A stretch of DNA of 64,000 nt from Planctomycetota bacterium. Its GTDB lineage: Bacteria > Planctomycetota > SZUA-567 > H5-PLA8. The notes under the pieces are model-generated. The model saw only the letters and a list, made by a program, of their open reading frames with translations, made no database searches and had not been told where the DNA came from. Within the stretch, counting starts at the first letter, position 1; every line of letters starts with the position of its first letter. A program made the translations under genes and the position numbers. The stretch covers positions 1-64,000 of the forward strand of contig BTVV01000013.1 in the NCBI GenBank assembly GCA_045863855.1, in the 5' to 3' direction. Below are positions 10,038 to 20,358 of this stretch, piece after piece.

Positions 10038-10739
10038 GTGAATCTTGGTGCTTTCGGCGAACTGGCGCGCACGCGCCGCGCCACGCGCAGTTTCCTTCCC
10101 GAACCGGTGCCCGAAGAGACGTTGCACGAGTTGCTCGATTGCGCGCGCTGGGCGCCCAGCGGTTACAACCTCCAGCCCACCCACTTCATCGTGATGAACG
10201 ATCCGGCCCGCAAGGAGGCTCTGTGCCGAGCTTGTTTGAACCAGAAGCAGATTCGCGAAGCTCCGGTAACGGTGCTATTTGCGGGCGACCGGGACGTCGC
10301 ATCCAACCACTTCGAAGACATCCTCAAGCTGGACCGGGAAGCTCAGGCCATCGACGCCGCGTACGAGACGCTGCTGCGTAAGGTGGTCCCTCTGGCCTTC
10401 GGTCGCGGTCCGCTCGGGTTGCTCGCCCTCGCCAAGCGGATCTACGTGACGATTGCACACCCGTTCACACCCCTGCCGGACGTTCCGGCGGCTAACATGG
10501 ATCGGTGGCTCACCCGGCAGGCGATGCTGGCGGCCATGAACTTCATGCTCGCGGCGCACGCGGCAGGCTTGGCGACGGTACCGATGGAGGGCTTCGACCC
10601 GCGGCGCGTGCGCGATGTCGCGGGCTTGCCGAGGCGTATGTTGGTTACGCTGGTGGTGCCCGTTGGCTACGCCGCGCCTGGGACGCGATCGAAAACGCGC
10701 CTGCCGTTGGAGCGGCTGGTGCATCGGAATGGATGGTAG
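10038..10739 (+). CDS. Nitroreductase family protein
   Basis: RRATRSF, APSGYNLQP, FMLAAHAAGLATVPMEGFD, VPVGY. Confidence 0.92.
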   Translation: MNLGAFGELARTRRATRSFLPEPVPEETLHELLDCARWAPSGYNLQPTHFIVMNDPARKEALCRACLNQKQIREAPVTVLFAGDRDVASNHFEDILKLDREAQAIDAAYETLLRKVVPLAFGRGPLGLLALAKRIYVTIAHPFTPLPDVPAANMDRWLTRQAMLAAMNFMLAAHAAGLATVPMEGFDPRRVRDVAGLPRRMLVTLVVPVGYAAPGTRSKTRLPLERLVHRNGW

Positions 10740-10935
10740 AATCTTAGAGGGGCGATTTTGAATTTTGGATTGCGCGCGCTCCGCACAAAGGTGCGTAACT
10801 GAATGAGCGACTAGAGGGATCAACGCCCCTAGATTCAGATGCTATGGGCGCCCTACTGCCGACCCCATGCTCGCAAGCCGCAGCCTTCAATCCTCGAATC
10901 AAAATCCAGCATCCGAAATCGAACGCCTCCCATCC

Positions 10936-12822
10936 TTACGCGCCAGGCAGAAGCGCCTCGTATCCGGGCAGGTCCGCACCGTTGAGGCAGCTTTCGATGA
11001 TTTTGCGCCCCAGCGGATCCAGTTCCTTGCATTCCAGATAGGGCTTCAGTTCGCGTACGAAGAAGTCGTGCAGCATCTTCGCGCCGCGGTCGTAGGTTTC
11101 GACGCCGACCTCGGGCTGCGTTTCGACTTGCAGGAACCACTGCGCGATCTGCGTGCCTTCGATCACGATGGACTTCAGCGCGAAGCCCAGGAGCGGGCAG
11201 CGCGCGGCCTGGAGCTGATCGGGCCGGAAGCGCGCGCCGCCGCGCCGGGCGAGGTATTCGCGCACGATCCACTGCGGTGCGAAACCGACCTGCCAGACGC
11301 CAACATGCTGGTTGGGCGTAATGATGTAGCGCGTGCCGGGGGTCTTGCGGATCTGCGCCAGCAGTAAATTGGCCTGATCGACTTGGCGGCCGGTGCTGAA
11401 CGGCCAATAGCTACCCACACCTTCGCTGCTGAGCGGCTTCGACTCGGTGATGCTGGGGTTCGCGTGCCCGCGAGGCGCCACGAGTCGCCAGAGCCACGCC
11501 AGCGACGGAGGCAGCAGGTGCAGGATGCCGAGGATTCCGTAGCTGGGCGCCAAACGCGAGCAGGGTGGGCAGCGTACGCCAAAGCTGCGCACGTCCACTT
11601 CGACCGGCTTGTCCACGACGCCCGGCACGATGCGCCGCGGCAGGATCACACGCGGATTGGGACACGGTTCGCCCGGCCGGTCTTCGGCGTGCTCCCAAAT
11701 CAGACACGTCGCGCCGGGAACCGCGTGGAGGTTCAGGAATACGAGCGGCTCAGGAGGCTGGACGGTCAGACGCTCGAGGATCGGATCGGTGCCGTAATGG
11801 TCGACATGGTTGATGCGCACGAACCAGGCGTCTTCGGCGTCGGTGACGACGAGCTTGGTGCCCTTCTGGTGCAGGGGATGGCAGATGGCCATGTCGTCGG
11901 TGACGGGCCAGAGCGTACAGCCTTGCCCCAGCGCGAGCTTTCGGCGTTCGCCGCTGACGAGGTTCTCGCCGATCAGGAGCCGGCCGTCGTGCTCGCGGTG
12001 CGGGTACTCCAGCATCTCGCTTTTGCCGCCGCCGCTGGCGCCTTCGTGCAAGATCGTCACGATGTTGTCGTAGGGCGTGACCACTTGCACCGTGGACCCG
12101 TGCGCGGTGATCCAGCCCTCTTCTTCCCCGATGGCGAGCAGCACGCCGTAGATGCCCTTCTTGGCGCTGGGGCCGGGGTAGAGGTTCAACGAGTAGATTT
12201 CATGGAGGTCTGGCGAGCGATGGTGCACGACGATCTGCTGACCGTCGCAGTGCGAATGGCGGAAGGGCGGTGCGACGTAAATGACCGCGCGCGGTTCGTA
12301 CTTTTCGGGCAGGTTTTCGGGCAGGATCATATTCTGCAAGTCGGCCAGGGCCGCGGCGAAGAAGGCGGCGTTGAGCGGGCAGACCAGAAGCGCGGCGTAA
12401 CCAAAATCGTCGCCGCCGGCATAGAAAGGCTGGACGATCAGCGGCTGTCCGCGCAGCCAGTCCATGACCTCTTGCTTCATGCTTTCAAAGGTGCCCTTGA
12501 AGCGTTCATGAAAGCGCGGCTTATCGGATGCGAAACTCCCAGCGACCACCATGCTGTCCGGATCGCGGCGGCGCATGTACGGTTCGGGGTAATTGACCGC
12601 AAGTCCGTTGCGGCAGCGTACGACTTCGGCTTCGACGACCGAACCGTGGGCAGGCGTTTCGTAACGCACCTCGAAGCGGTCCGAGCCATTCCCGCCCAGC
12701 GCCCATTCGATGAGTTCGGCCCGGTTTTTGGGGATGCGCACTTCAGGCGCGCCCTGCAAAACCTGCTCGAGTTCAGGAGGCAAAACCAAGTTGGGATGAA
12801 GCGCTGAGCTGCTGGCCGGCAT
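10936..12822 (-). CDS. DUF4914-family protein (PEP carboxykinase-like P-loop fold)
   Basis: NYPEPYMRRRDPD, YPGPSAKKG, HEGASGGGKSE (P-loop), VTDDMA, PCPNPR, SEGVGSYWPF; start moved to ATG 12822 after AGGGAG. Confidence 0.8.
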   Translation of the reverse strand: MPASSSALHPNLVLPPELEQVLQGAPEVRIPKNRAELIEWALGGNGSDRFEVRYETPAHGSVVEAEVVRCRNGLAVNYPEPYMRRRDPDSMVVAGSFASDKPRFHERFKGTFESMKQEVMDWLRGQPLIVQPFYAGGDDFGYAALLVCPLNAAFFAAALADLQNMILPENLPEKYEPRAVIYVAPPFRHSHCDGQQIVVHHRSPDLHEIYSLNLYPGPSAKKGIYGVLLAIGEEEGWITAHGSTVQVVTPYDNIVTILHEGASGGGKSEMLEYPHREHDGRLLIGENLVSGERRKLALGQGCTLWPVTDDMAICHPLHQKGTKLVVTDAEDAWFVRINHVDHYGTDPILERLTVQPPEPLVFLNLHAVPGATCLIWEHAEDRPGEPCPNPRVILPRRIVPGVVDKPVEVDVRSFGVRCPPCSRLAPSYGILGILHLLPPSLAWLWRLVAPRGHANPSITESKPLSSEGVGSYWPFSTGRQVDQANLLLAQIRKTPGTRYIITPNQHVGVWQVGFAPQWIVREYLARRGGARFRPDQLQAARCPLLGFALKSIVIEGTQIAQWFLQVETQPEVGVETYDRGAKMLHDFFVRELKPYLECKELDPLGRKIIESCLNGADLPGYEALLPGA

Positions 12823-13004
12823 GCGGTGACTCCCTGGATCTAGATTCCACGGCTTTGGCTGAGCCAAAACCCGCGCTACCCTACCATTCCGGCGAGCTAA
12901 ATCAATTCAAGGTTGGACTGAGGATTTAAAGGCGAATGCACATTACGGCTTATGAATTTTCGGGCAAGATGCCCAATCATCACCAACCAAGAAGCTGTTG
13001 GCGC

Positions 13005-15014
13005 CTAGGGGGTATGGCGCCGAACGGCGGCGCGATGGACGATGACCTTGGTCTGATGGGTGCCCACGCCGATTTTGGAACGGTCGCCTAGCGAAAAGAT
13101 TTCCATGGCCGGACGATGGTCTTGCGCATTCACGTGCCAGGTGCAAAGCAGCCGTTGATCCAAATAGCCGCGTACTTCGCTATTTCGAACCTCTACGCGA
13201 GCCACCATGCGGCGGCCTTGGGGAATGTCTTCTTGCCGGTAGATATAGGTAGGATTCTCGGTTCCCCAGAATAATTGATCGTCCCAGATGATGCCGATGG
13301 TTCGATAGTCGCGGCACCAAAGTGCGAAGCGAGCATGGTAGGGTCCTTTGCGGAAAATCAGACATACTTCGCCACGTCCGAAATCGGGACCGTCTTGCTG
13401 GTCCTGCGGCAAGACCGTGAATTCGACCTCGTAGTCGTATTCGGCGCCGGCTGGGTCGCCTAGCTTGATCCGCGCATTGGGGTGGCTGTCCGAATACAAC
13501 TCGTTGTTCCGCTTGCGCCACTGGCCTTCCACGCCATGCCCGCGAGGATCCACCGAAGGCAACAGGTTGCGCCAGTCCTGCGCAGTGGCTGGTGCGGTGG
13601 GCCGTGTCTCGGAAACGGCAGGCGCTCCGGTTTTGGCAGCCGGCGCCGCTGGAGCCTCGGTCTTCTCCGCCGGCGCTGCCTGTTTTGGCGCATGGGGGTC
13701 CTGTACGCCGGGCGCCGAACGGGAGGGCCAAAGGGCCCAAAGCAGTAATAGGGCCAGAAGCGCTCCGGCCGCGCCGCCGGCCCAGAGCATCCAGGCCGGC
13801 CGGTGGTGCCGGGGCTCGGGCTTTCGTGGAGCGTTCCCCCGCGCGCGTGGCGCATAGGTATCCGATAATCCTGGCGGCGCGGACTGCATCCCGGCGGGAT
13901 CGGATTTCGCTCGCGGCAGCGCCGAGGTCACCACCTTTTTCTCGGCCAGCGTCTCAGCGGCCAGCTTGGCGGGTGCTTCGCCACGCAGCACGCGGTCGAT
14001 ATCTTCGAGCAACTCGTCCGGATCCGCGTACCGGCTTTCGGGATCCTTCGCCATCATGCGCAGGATCACGTACTCGCAGCCGCGGCTGATCTTCGCGTGA
14101 ACGCGCGTCGGCGGCGTCAATTCGTCGGTGGCGTGCTTTAGCACCACCTCGTAAGCAGTCTGGCCGTCGTAAGGCGTCTTGCCGGTCACCAGATGGTAGA
14201 GCGTCGCACCGAGCGCGTAGATGTCGGCGCGAATGTCGATGTTCTTGGCGTTGCGGGCTTGCTCGGGCGCCAGGTAATGCGGGGTGCCCATGGCCATTCC
14301 GGTCTGGGTCAGGAAACTGGCCTCGGGATCGGCGCCTTTGACGAGCCCGAAGTCGCTGAGCTTGACCGTACCGGCTCGGTCGAACATCACGTTCGCTGGT
14401 TTCACGTCGCGGTGGACGAGCCCCAAGCGGTGCGCGCCCTGCAGCGCTTTGGCTACGTCACGCACGACTTCCAGGGCCTCGCGTTCCCCCATGCGCCCCG
14501 TCTTGCGCAGGCGGACCGAGAGGTCGCCGCCTTCGATCAGTTCCAGCGTGATGTAGTGGACGCCGCCGTCTTCGCCGTAATCCATGGTCCGGACGACATG
14601 CGGATGGACAAGTTGCTGGCCCAGTTTGGCTTCGCGGTGAAAGCGCGCCAGCCGTTCGCGGTCCGAAACCAAGTCGGCGGGCAGCACCTTAAGCGCGACC
14701 CGAATGTTGGTGTCCTTGAGCCGGGCTTTGAGCACCGCGCCCATGCCGCCTTGGCCCAGTTTGCCTTCGATTTCGTAGGGGCCAATCTTGGCAGGGAGTT
14801 GCTCGGCGGCCAGCACCGCGGCTTTCATCAGTTGACCCACTTGTGCGGGGGTCAAGAGGCCCTGATCGACCAGCACCTGGCGCAACGCCGGGATGGTTGC
14901 ACCGCCGCGCAGCGCATCCTCTTGGAGCTTCCGGCAGCGTTCCAGATCCGCGGGTCGAACGAGGCCTTCTTCAAGCGCGCGCTGGCCGATTATCGAGTCT
15001 TCGCTGGCCTTCAT
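13005..15014 (-). CDS. Membrane-anchored Hanks-type Ser/Thr protein kinase
   Basis: LGQGGMGAV, VALKVL, HRDVKPANV, SDFGL, GTPHYLAPEQ, DIYALG; TM helix then extracytoplasmic beta domain; start moved to ATG 15014. Confidence 0.92.
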   Translation of the reverse strand: MKASEDSIIGQRALEEGLVRPADLERCRKLQEDALRGGATIPALRQVLVDQGLLTPAQVGQLMKAAVLAAEQLPAKIGPYEIEGKLGQGGMGAVLKARLKDTNIRVALKVLPADLVSDRERLARFHREAKLGQQLVHPHVVRTMDYGEDGGVHYITLELIEGGDLSVRLRKTGRMGEREALEVVRDVAKALQGAHRLGLVHRDVKPANVMFDRAGTVKLSDFGLVKGADPEASFLTQTGMAMGTPHYLAPEQARNAKNIDIRADIYALGATLYHLVTGKTPYDGQTAYEVVLKHATDELTPPTRVHAKISRGCEYVILRMMAKDPESRYADPDELLEDIDRVLRGEAPAKLAAETLAEKKVVTSALPRAKSDPAGMQSAPPGLSDTYAPRARGNAPRKPEPRHHRPAWMLWAGGAAGALLALLLLWALWPSRSAPGVQDPHAPKQAAPAEKTEAPAAPAAKTGAPAVSETRPTAPATAQDWRNLLPSVDPRGHGVEGQWRKRNNELYSDSHPNARIKLGDPAGAEYDYEVEFTVLPQDQQDGPDFGRGEVCLIFRKGPYHARFALWCRDYRTIGIIWDDQLFWGTENPTYIYRQEDIPQGRRMVARVEVRNSEVRGYLDQRLLCTWHVNAQDHRPAMEIFSLGDRSKIGVGTHQTKVIVHRAAVRRHTP

Positions 15015-15174
15015 CGCCACCCGCTCCGCCCCGATCCGAGGCCGCATTCTACCGGTACGACTTCGAATTTCACCTGGGGTGCATGAGATTCGGATTGGTC
15101 GTGGCGGTGAAGCAGCCCAGTGGGTATTTTCGGTCCCCTGTCGTTCACCTTTAGATCGATTGCCTGAGGATGAA

Positions 15175-18100
15175 ATGGCTCGAACACCTCGCCCCAAAAA
15201 GAAGGGGGCCGTAGCGCCCCTGCTGAACCACCCCGCCGAGATTTTTGCTTCCGCGCCTTTGCCCGGGCGGGGCATTCGACCGATTCGCCGGCTCATGGTG
15301 GCCAATCGCAGCGAGATCGCCATCCGTGTCTTCCGCGCGTGCACCGAACTGGGCATAGCGACCGTCGGCATTTACAGCCAGGAAGACAAGCTCGCGTTGC
15401 ACCGCTACAAATGCGACGAAGCGTACCTGATCGGCGAAGGCAAGGGGCCGGTTGCGGCCTATTTGGGCATGGAGGAAATCATCCAGCTTGCCCGCGAAAA
15501 GCAAGTCGACGCCATACATCCCGGCTACGGGTTCCTGAGCGAGAACGCGGACTTCGCGGAGAAGGTGATCGCAGCGGGGCTGATCTGGGTGGGCCCCAGT
15601 CCGTCCGTAATGCGCAAAGTTTCGGACAAGGTGGCCGCACGCGAGCTGGCGCAGAAGCTGAAGCTGCCGGTAATTCCCGGCACCGACGGACCCGTGGGGA
15701 GCCTGAACGAAGCGCTGAAGTTCGCTCAATCGGCCGGTTTTCCGGTCATGGTCAAGGCCAGTCACGGCGGCGGCGGACGCGGGATCCGGCTGGCACGGAG
15801 TGCCGCGGAATTGAAGCAACTTCTGCCGCTGGCGCAGCGTGAAGCGAAGCAGGCTTTCGGCAGCGACGAGTGCTACATCGAGAAGGCGCTGGTCGGTCCG
15901 AAGCACCTGGAAGTGCAGATCCTGGGCGATACGCACGGGAACGTCGTTCACCTGTTCGAACGCGATTGTTCGGTGCAGCGCCGCCACCAGAAGGTGATCG
16001 AGATGGCGCCCAGCCTGGTGCTGGACGAGAATGCGCGCCGCGATTTGTGCGGTATGGCCGTGAAATTCGCTCGCGCCGCGGGCTACCAGAACGCCGGCAC
16101 CGTCGAATTTCTGCGCGACCGCGACGGAAGCGTGTACCTGATCGAGATGAACGCGCGCATTCAGGTTGAGCACACGGTGACCGAGGAGGTCACGGGGATC
16201 GATCTGGTGCAGGCGCAGATCCGCGTGGCGCAGGGCTACCGGTTGAGTGACCCGGAGACGCGCGTACCGCCGCAGGACCGGATCGAGCACACCGGGTACG
16301 CGATCCAGTGCCGCATCACGACGGAAGATCCGCGCAAAGGCTTTGCGCCCGACTACGGCCGCATCGGCACCTATCGGTCGGCGGCGGGCTTCGGGCTCCG
16401 GCTCGACGGGGGCACCGCATTCGCCGGGGCGATGATCACGCCCTATTACGATTCGCTGCTGGTGAAAGTGACCGCATACGGGCGCGACTTTGCCGCTGCC
16501 GCCGCGCGGATGTACCGCGGCCTGAGCGAGTTCCGCATCCGCGGCGTGAACACCAACATGCCGTTCCTGCAGAACGTGCTGCGCCACCGTGCGTTTCTCG
16601 AAGGGCGCTGCGACGTGCTCTTCATCGACGAGCACCCGGAACTGCTTCGCTTCCATGAGTCCCGCGACCGCGCGAACAAGCTGCTCGCGTTCCTCGCCGA
16701 CATCACCGTGAACGGGAACCCGATCGTCGGTGAAGGGCAGAAAGCGCCGGCTGAGGCCAAGCCGCCCGTGCCGCCGCATCCACAACTGCCGCTCTCCACC
16801 GGGCGCTTATCGGGCGTCCCAGAGGGAACCCGGCAGATTCTGGACCGCGAGGGACCCGACGGGCTGGTGAAGTGGATTCTGCGCCAGAAAAAGCTGCTGG
16901 TCACCGACACGACCTTCCGCGATGCGCATCAGTCGCTGCTGGCGACCCGAATGCGCAGCCACGATCTGCTGCAGATTGCCCCGTATTACGCGGCGCATGC
17001 CGGCGACCTCTTCAGCCTCGAAATGTGGGGCGGGGCGACCTTCGATTCGGCGATGCGCTTCCTCAATGAAGATCCCTGGGAACGTCTGGTCGAATTGCGC
17101 CGTAAGGTTCCGAACATCCTGTTCCAGATGCTCGTGCGCGGCAGTTCCGCGGTAGGCTACACGAACTATCCCGATAACGTGGTCAAGGCGTTCGTGAAAG
17201 AATCCGCGCAAGCCGGCGTCGATATCTTCCGCATCTTCGACAGCCTTAACTGGCTGCCGGGTATGGAAGTGGCGATCGAAGCCGCGCGCGACAGCGGGCG
17301 CATCTGCGAGGCGGCGATCTGCTACACGGGCGATCTGAACGATCCGAGCAGGTCGAAGTACGGCTTGAAATATTACGTGAGCCTCGCGAAGGAACTGGTC
17401 AAGCGCGGCACGCAGATTCTCGGCATCAAGGACATGGCCGGCCTGTGCAAGCCTTACGCGGCGCACGCGCTGGTCAAGGCGCTGCGCAACGAAGTCGGCG
17501 TACCGATTCACTTTCACACGCACGACACTTGCGGCGGACAGGCGGCGACGCTGCTAAAGGCCGCCGAGGCCGGCGTGCATATTGCCGACATGGCCATCGC
17601 GAGCATGAGCGGCCTGACGAGCCAGCCGAATCTGAACAGCATGGTTGCCGTGCTCAAGGATTCTCCGCGCGCAACGGGACTCGATCCTTCGGCGCTCAAT
17701 CGGATCTCCGAATACTTCGAGCAGGTACGGAAGTTCTATTACCCCTTCGAGAGCGGGATGCAGGCCGGTACCGCCGAGGTGTGGGATCACGAAATGCCCG
17801 GGGGCCAGTACACGAACCTGCAGGTTCAGGCGAAATCGCTGGGACTCGAGAACCGCTGGGACGAGGTCAAGAAGCAATACCGCGCCGTGAACTTTCTGTT
17901 CGGCGACATTGTGAAAGTAACGCCCAGCAGCAAAATCGTCGGCGACATGGCGCTGTATCTGGTCTCGAACAAACTCACCGCGGAAGACGTCTGGACCAAG
18001 GGCAAGCACCTCAGCTTTCCGGAATCGGTGATCCAGTTTTTCGAAGGGCACATCGGGTTTCCGCCGGGCGGATTCGATAAGAAGCTCCAGCAGATCATCC

Positions 18101-18735
18101 TGAAAGGCCGCAAGCCGTTGAAGAAGCGCGCCGGCGCGTACCTGAAGCCGGTCAAGCTGCAGGACCTGCGGGAGACTCTGGCGAAAAAGTTCGGCCCTGA
18201 AACCTCCCTGCGCGACGCGCTTTCCGCGGCGTTGTATCCCAAAGTGTACGACGTCTTCGCCGGGCACCGCAAGACGTATGGCGACGTGGCTCCGATTCCG
18301 ACCAAGAATTTCCTCTTCGGCATGCAGGTGGACGAAGAGATCCTCGTCGAAATCGAACCGGGCAAGACGCTGATTGTGAAACTCGTTTCGATCGGCCCCC
18401 CTGCCGAGGACGGCACGCGCAAGGTCTATTTCGAACTGAACGGCGGGCCGCGCGACGTATCCGTGCGCGACCGCAGCGTTAAGGCGACGGTGGTCGAACG
18501 GCGCAAGGCCGATCCCGACAATCCGCACCATATGGGCGCGTCCATGCCCGGTGTCGTCGCCGAAGTGAAGGTAAAGAAGGGAAGCGAAGTCAAGAAGGGA
18601 GATGTGTTGATGGTGCTGGAAGCCATGAAGATGCAAGTCAACATCACCGCGCCGGACGACCGGGTGGTGGGGGAGGTCTGTATCGCCACCGGCGACACCG
18701 TAGATGCGGGCGATTTGCTGATAGCGTTCGAATAA
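15175..18735 (+). CDS. pyc: Pyruvate carboxylase
   Basis: VANRSEIA, HPGYGFLSE, GGGGRG, RDCSVQRRHQK (biotin carboxylase); DTTFRDAHQSLLATR, HFHTHDT (carboxyltransferase); EAMKM biotin site; start moved to ATG 15175. Confidence 0.97.
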   Translation: MARTPRPKKKGAVAPLLNHPAEIFASAPLPGRGIRPIRRLMVANRSEIAIRVFRACTELGIATVGIYSQEDKLALHRYKCDEAYLIGEGKGPVAAYLGMEEIIQLAREKQVDAIHPGYGFLSENADFAEKVIAAGLIWVGPSPSVMRKVSDKVAARELAQKLKLPVIPGTDGPVGSLNEALKFAQSAGFPVMVKASHGGGGRGIRLARSAAELKQLLPLAQREAKQAFGSDECYIEKALVGPKHLEVQILGDTHGNVVHLFERDCSVQRRHQKVIEMAPSLVLDENARRDLCGMAVKFARAAGYQNAGTVEFLRDRDGSVYLIEMNARIQVEHTVTEEVTGIDLVQAQIRVAQGYRLSDPETRVPPQDRIEHTGYAIQCRITTEDPRKGFAPDYGRIGTYRSAAGFGLRLDGGTAFAGAMITPYYDSLLVKVTAYGRDFAAAAARMYRGLSEFRIRGVNTNMPFLQNVLRHRAFLEGRCDVLFIDEHPELLRFHESRDRANKLLAFLADITVNGNPIVGEGQKAPAEAKPPVPPHPQLPLSTGRLSGVPEGTRQILDREGPDGLVKWILRQKKLLVTDTTFRDAHQSLLATRMRSHDLLQIAPYYAAHAGDLFSLEMWGGATFDSAMRFLNEDPWERLVELRRKVPNILFQMLVRGSSAVGYTNYPDNVVKAFVKESAQAGVDIFRIFDSLNWLPGMEVAIEAARDSGRICEAAICYTGDLNDPSRSKYGLKYYVSLAKELVKRGTQILGIKDMAGLCKPYAAHALVKALRNEVGVPIHFHTHDTCGGQAATLLKAAEAGVHIADMAIASMSGLTSQPNLNSMVAVLKDSPRATGLDPSALNRISEYFEQVRKFYYPFESGMQAGTAEVWDHEMPGGQYTNLQVQAKSLGLENRWDEVKKQYRAVNFLFGDIVKVTPSSKIVGDMALYLVSNKLTAEDVWTKGKHLSFPESVIQFFEGHIGFPPGGFDKKLQQIILKGRKPLKKRAGAYLKPVKLQDLRETLAKKFGPETSLRDALSAALYPKVYDVFAGHRKTYGDVAPIPTKNFLFGMQVDEEILVEIEPGKTLIVKLVSIGPPAEDGTRKVYFELNGGPRDVSVRDRSVKATVVERRKADPDNPHHMGASMPGVVAEVKVKKGSEVKKGDVLMVLEAMKMQVNITAPDDRVVGEVCIATGDTVDAGDLLIAFE

Positions 18736-18905
18736 CGTACAGTCGGGTTTCGTCCCTCCGGTGCATCGGGTCCAAGGATATGCACTAAGGGAAGGCAGAA
18801 TGTGTTCCGATCATACTTTTCAACCGGTACGCAGGTCTAACGGTTGCAATTCCAGCGCAAGCGCGCACATTAACGGGGTCAGCCGATTCGTCTGAGGAGC
18901 CGCAG

Positions 18906-20339
18906 ATGGTACGCAGAAGTCGGAATTGGATCCTGGCCGGTTTCTTGCTGACGTGTTCCATCGCGTTTCGCGCGCACGCGGGCGCGGCCGAAACGCCGGC
19001 GCCAGTCTTTCAGCCGGTCCCTTTCTCCGCATTGCCGGATTTCTCGAAGGAAGTCGAAGAGCGCGCCACGAAGAAGGGATTGGTGCACAACCACGGCTTG
19101 GTGGCCACGATCAACTACAAGGAATTCGAAAAACGCAAGCTGAGTATGCAGAAATGGAAGCTCCCGGTTTCGGCGACGGGCTTCAAGGAAGATGTGAACG
19201 TACAGATCGCGCTGCAGCCGGGCCGGGCGCCGCTGGCGGTGGCCCTGCTGGGTTTTGCGATGAAACCCGACGGTAAGGTCGCGCAGGCTTGGGCGCACGA
19301 CCTGCACAACGCCGGCTGCCACGTGCTCACCTTCGATTCGGTTTTTTGCCCCGAATTGAATTGCTGTGTTGGGCACGGCGTGGCGGGACATCTGCACGCG
19401 GAGGCCGAGATCGTTGCCAAGCTGGTCGATGCGGCGCTGATTCAGAAAATCGAAGTCGCGGAACGGTTGCGCGATCGGGTCAGCAGCATTCGGATTCTGG
19501 GCGGCAGCTACGGCGGCGCGCTGGCGTTGAACGTGCTCAAGTTGCCGCGCGCCCAGGAGTGGCCGGTGGACCGCACGTTGCTGCTTTCGCCTCCCGTGCG
19601 CATGCGCACCGCCGCAAGCACCCTCGACCGTTATTTTCGTGACGACCTGCCGCTCTTTGGCCCGTCACTCATGAAGCTCCTCGACGGGTATACGCCCGAG
19701 GGCGCTCGGCCCACGCCACGGGAAGAGTCCTTGATGCGGGCCGGAATTGCCTACGACTTCCTCGGCACGCTCACCGAGATCCTCAAGGATAACGAGAAGC
19801 GTTATCTGCCGGGCACCTTGGCGCAGTTTGCGGAATCCGACTCGAACGCCAATGCCGAGCAGCGCCGCAAGATTGAAGAGGAGATTCTCAAAGGCCGACA
19901 TAAGCGCCAAATCGAGGACCTGAAACTTCAGTTCCCCGGCTTCGACAACGACAAGGCGGTGAAGGATGCCTACGAGCAGGCGCGCAAGTACATGGAAGAC
20001 CGCCATAAAGCCGAAAAGGAATCCGTGCGCCGCACCTTGGCCAAACCCGACCACTGGGGCTTTCAAGACTACGTGAATTATCTCTGCGCCCCGGCTTGGA
20101 AAAAGGATGCCGAAGGTATCTGGATCTGTGGAGACTTAGACAAGCACCTCGGCGAAGCGCCACCCTTTGTCCAGGTGGTGATGGCGCAGGACGATCCGTT
20201 AAACGATCCGGAAGAACTGGCTAACCTGCGTAAGCTGGTTGCCGAGCCCGCGCTGCTGGTGCTGCCTCACGGCGGGCATTTGGGCTACTGCGGCACGAAG
20301 TGGTTCCAGGAACTGATCAAGAAAACCTTCCAGCCGTAA
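18906..20339 (+). CDS. Secreted alpha/beta-hydrolase with helical insertion
   Basis: Signal peptide; GGSYGG nucleophile elbow, AQDDP Asp, HGGHLG His. Confidence 0.75.
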   Translation: MVRRSRNWILAGFLLTCSIAFRAHAGAAETPAPVFQPVPFSALPDFSKEVEERATKKGLVHNHGLVATINYKEFEKRKLSMQKWKLPVSATGFKEDVNVQIALQPGRAPLAVALLGFAMKPDGKVAQAWAHDLHNAGCHVLTFDSVFCPELNCCVGHGVAGHLHAEAEIVAKLVDAALIQKIEVAERLRDRVSSIRILGGSYGGALALNVLKLPRAQEWPVDRTLLLSPPVRMRTAASTLDRYFRDDLPLFGPSLMKLLDGYTPEGARPTPREESLMRAGIAYDFLGTLTEILKDNEKRYLPGTLAQFAESDSNANAEQRRKIEEEILKGRHKRQIEDLKLQFPGFDNDKAVKDAYEQARKYMEDRHKAEKESVRRTLAKPDHWGFQDYVNYLCAPAWKKDAEGIWICGDLDKHLGEAPPFVQVVMAQDDPLNDPEELANLRKLVAEPALLVLPHGGHLGYCGTKWFQELIKKTFQP

Positions 20340-20358
20340 CGTGTGTCCGCTGGTATGC

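Noticed and set aside
14893..15371. Overlapping N-terminal extensions of pyc and the Ser/Thr kinase, and similar extensions of moaA, the response regulator, PhyH and 58164-59906
   Set aside because: Artefacts of longest-ORF calling; downstream starts match domain boundaries and remove the overlaps
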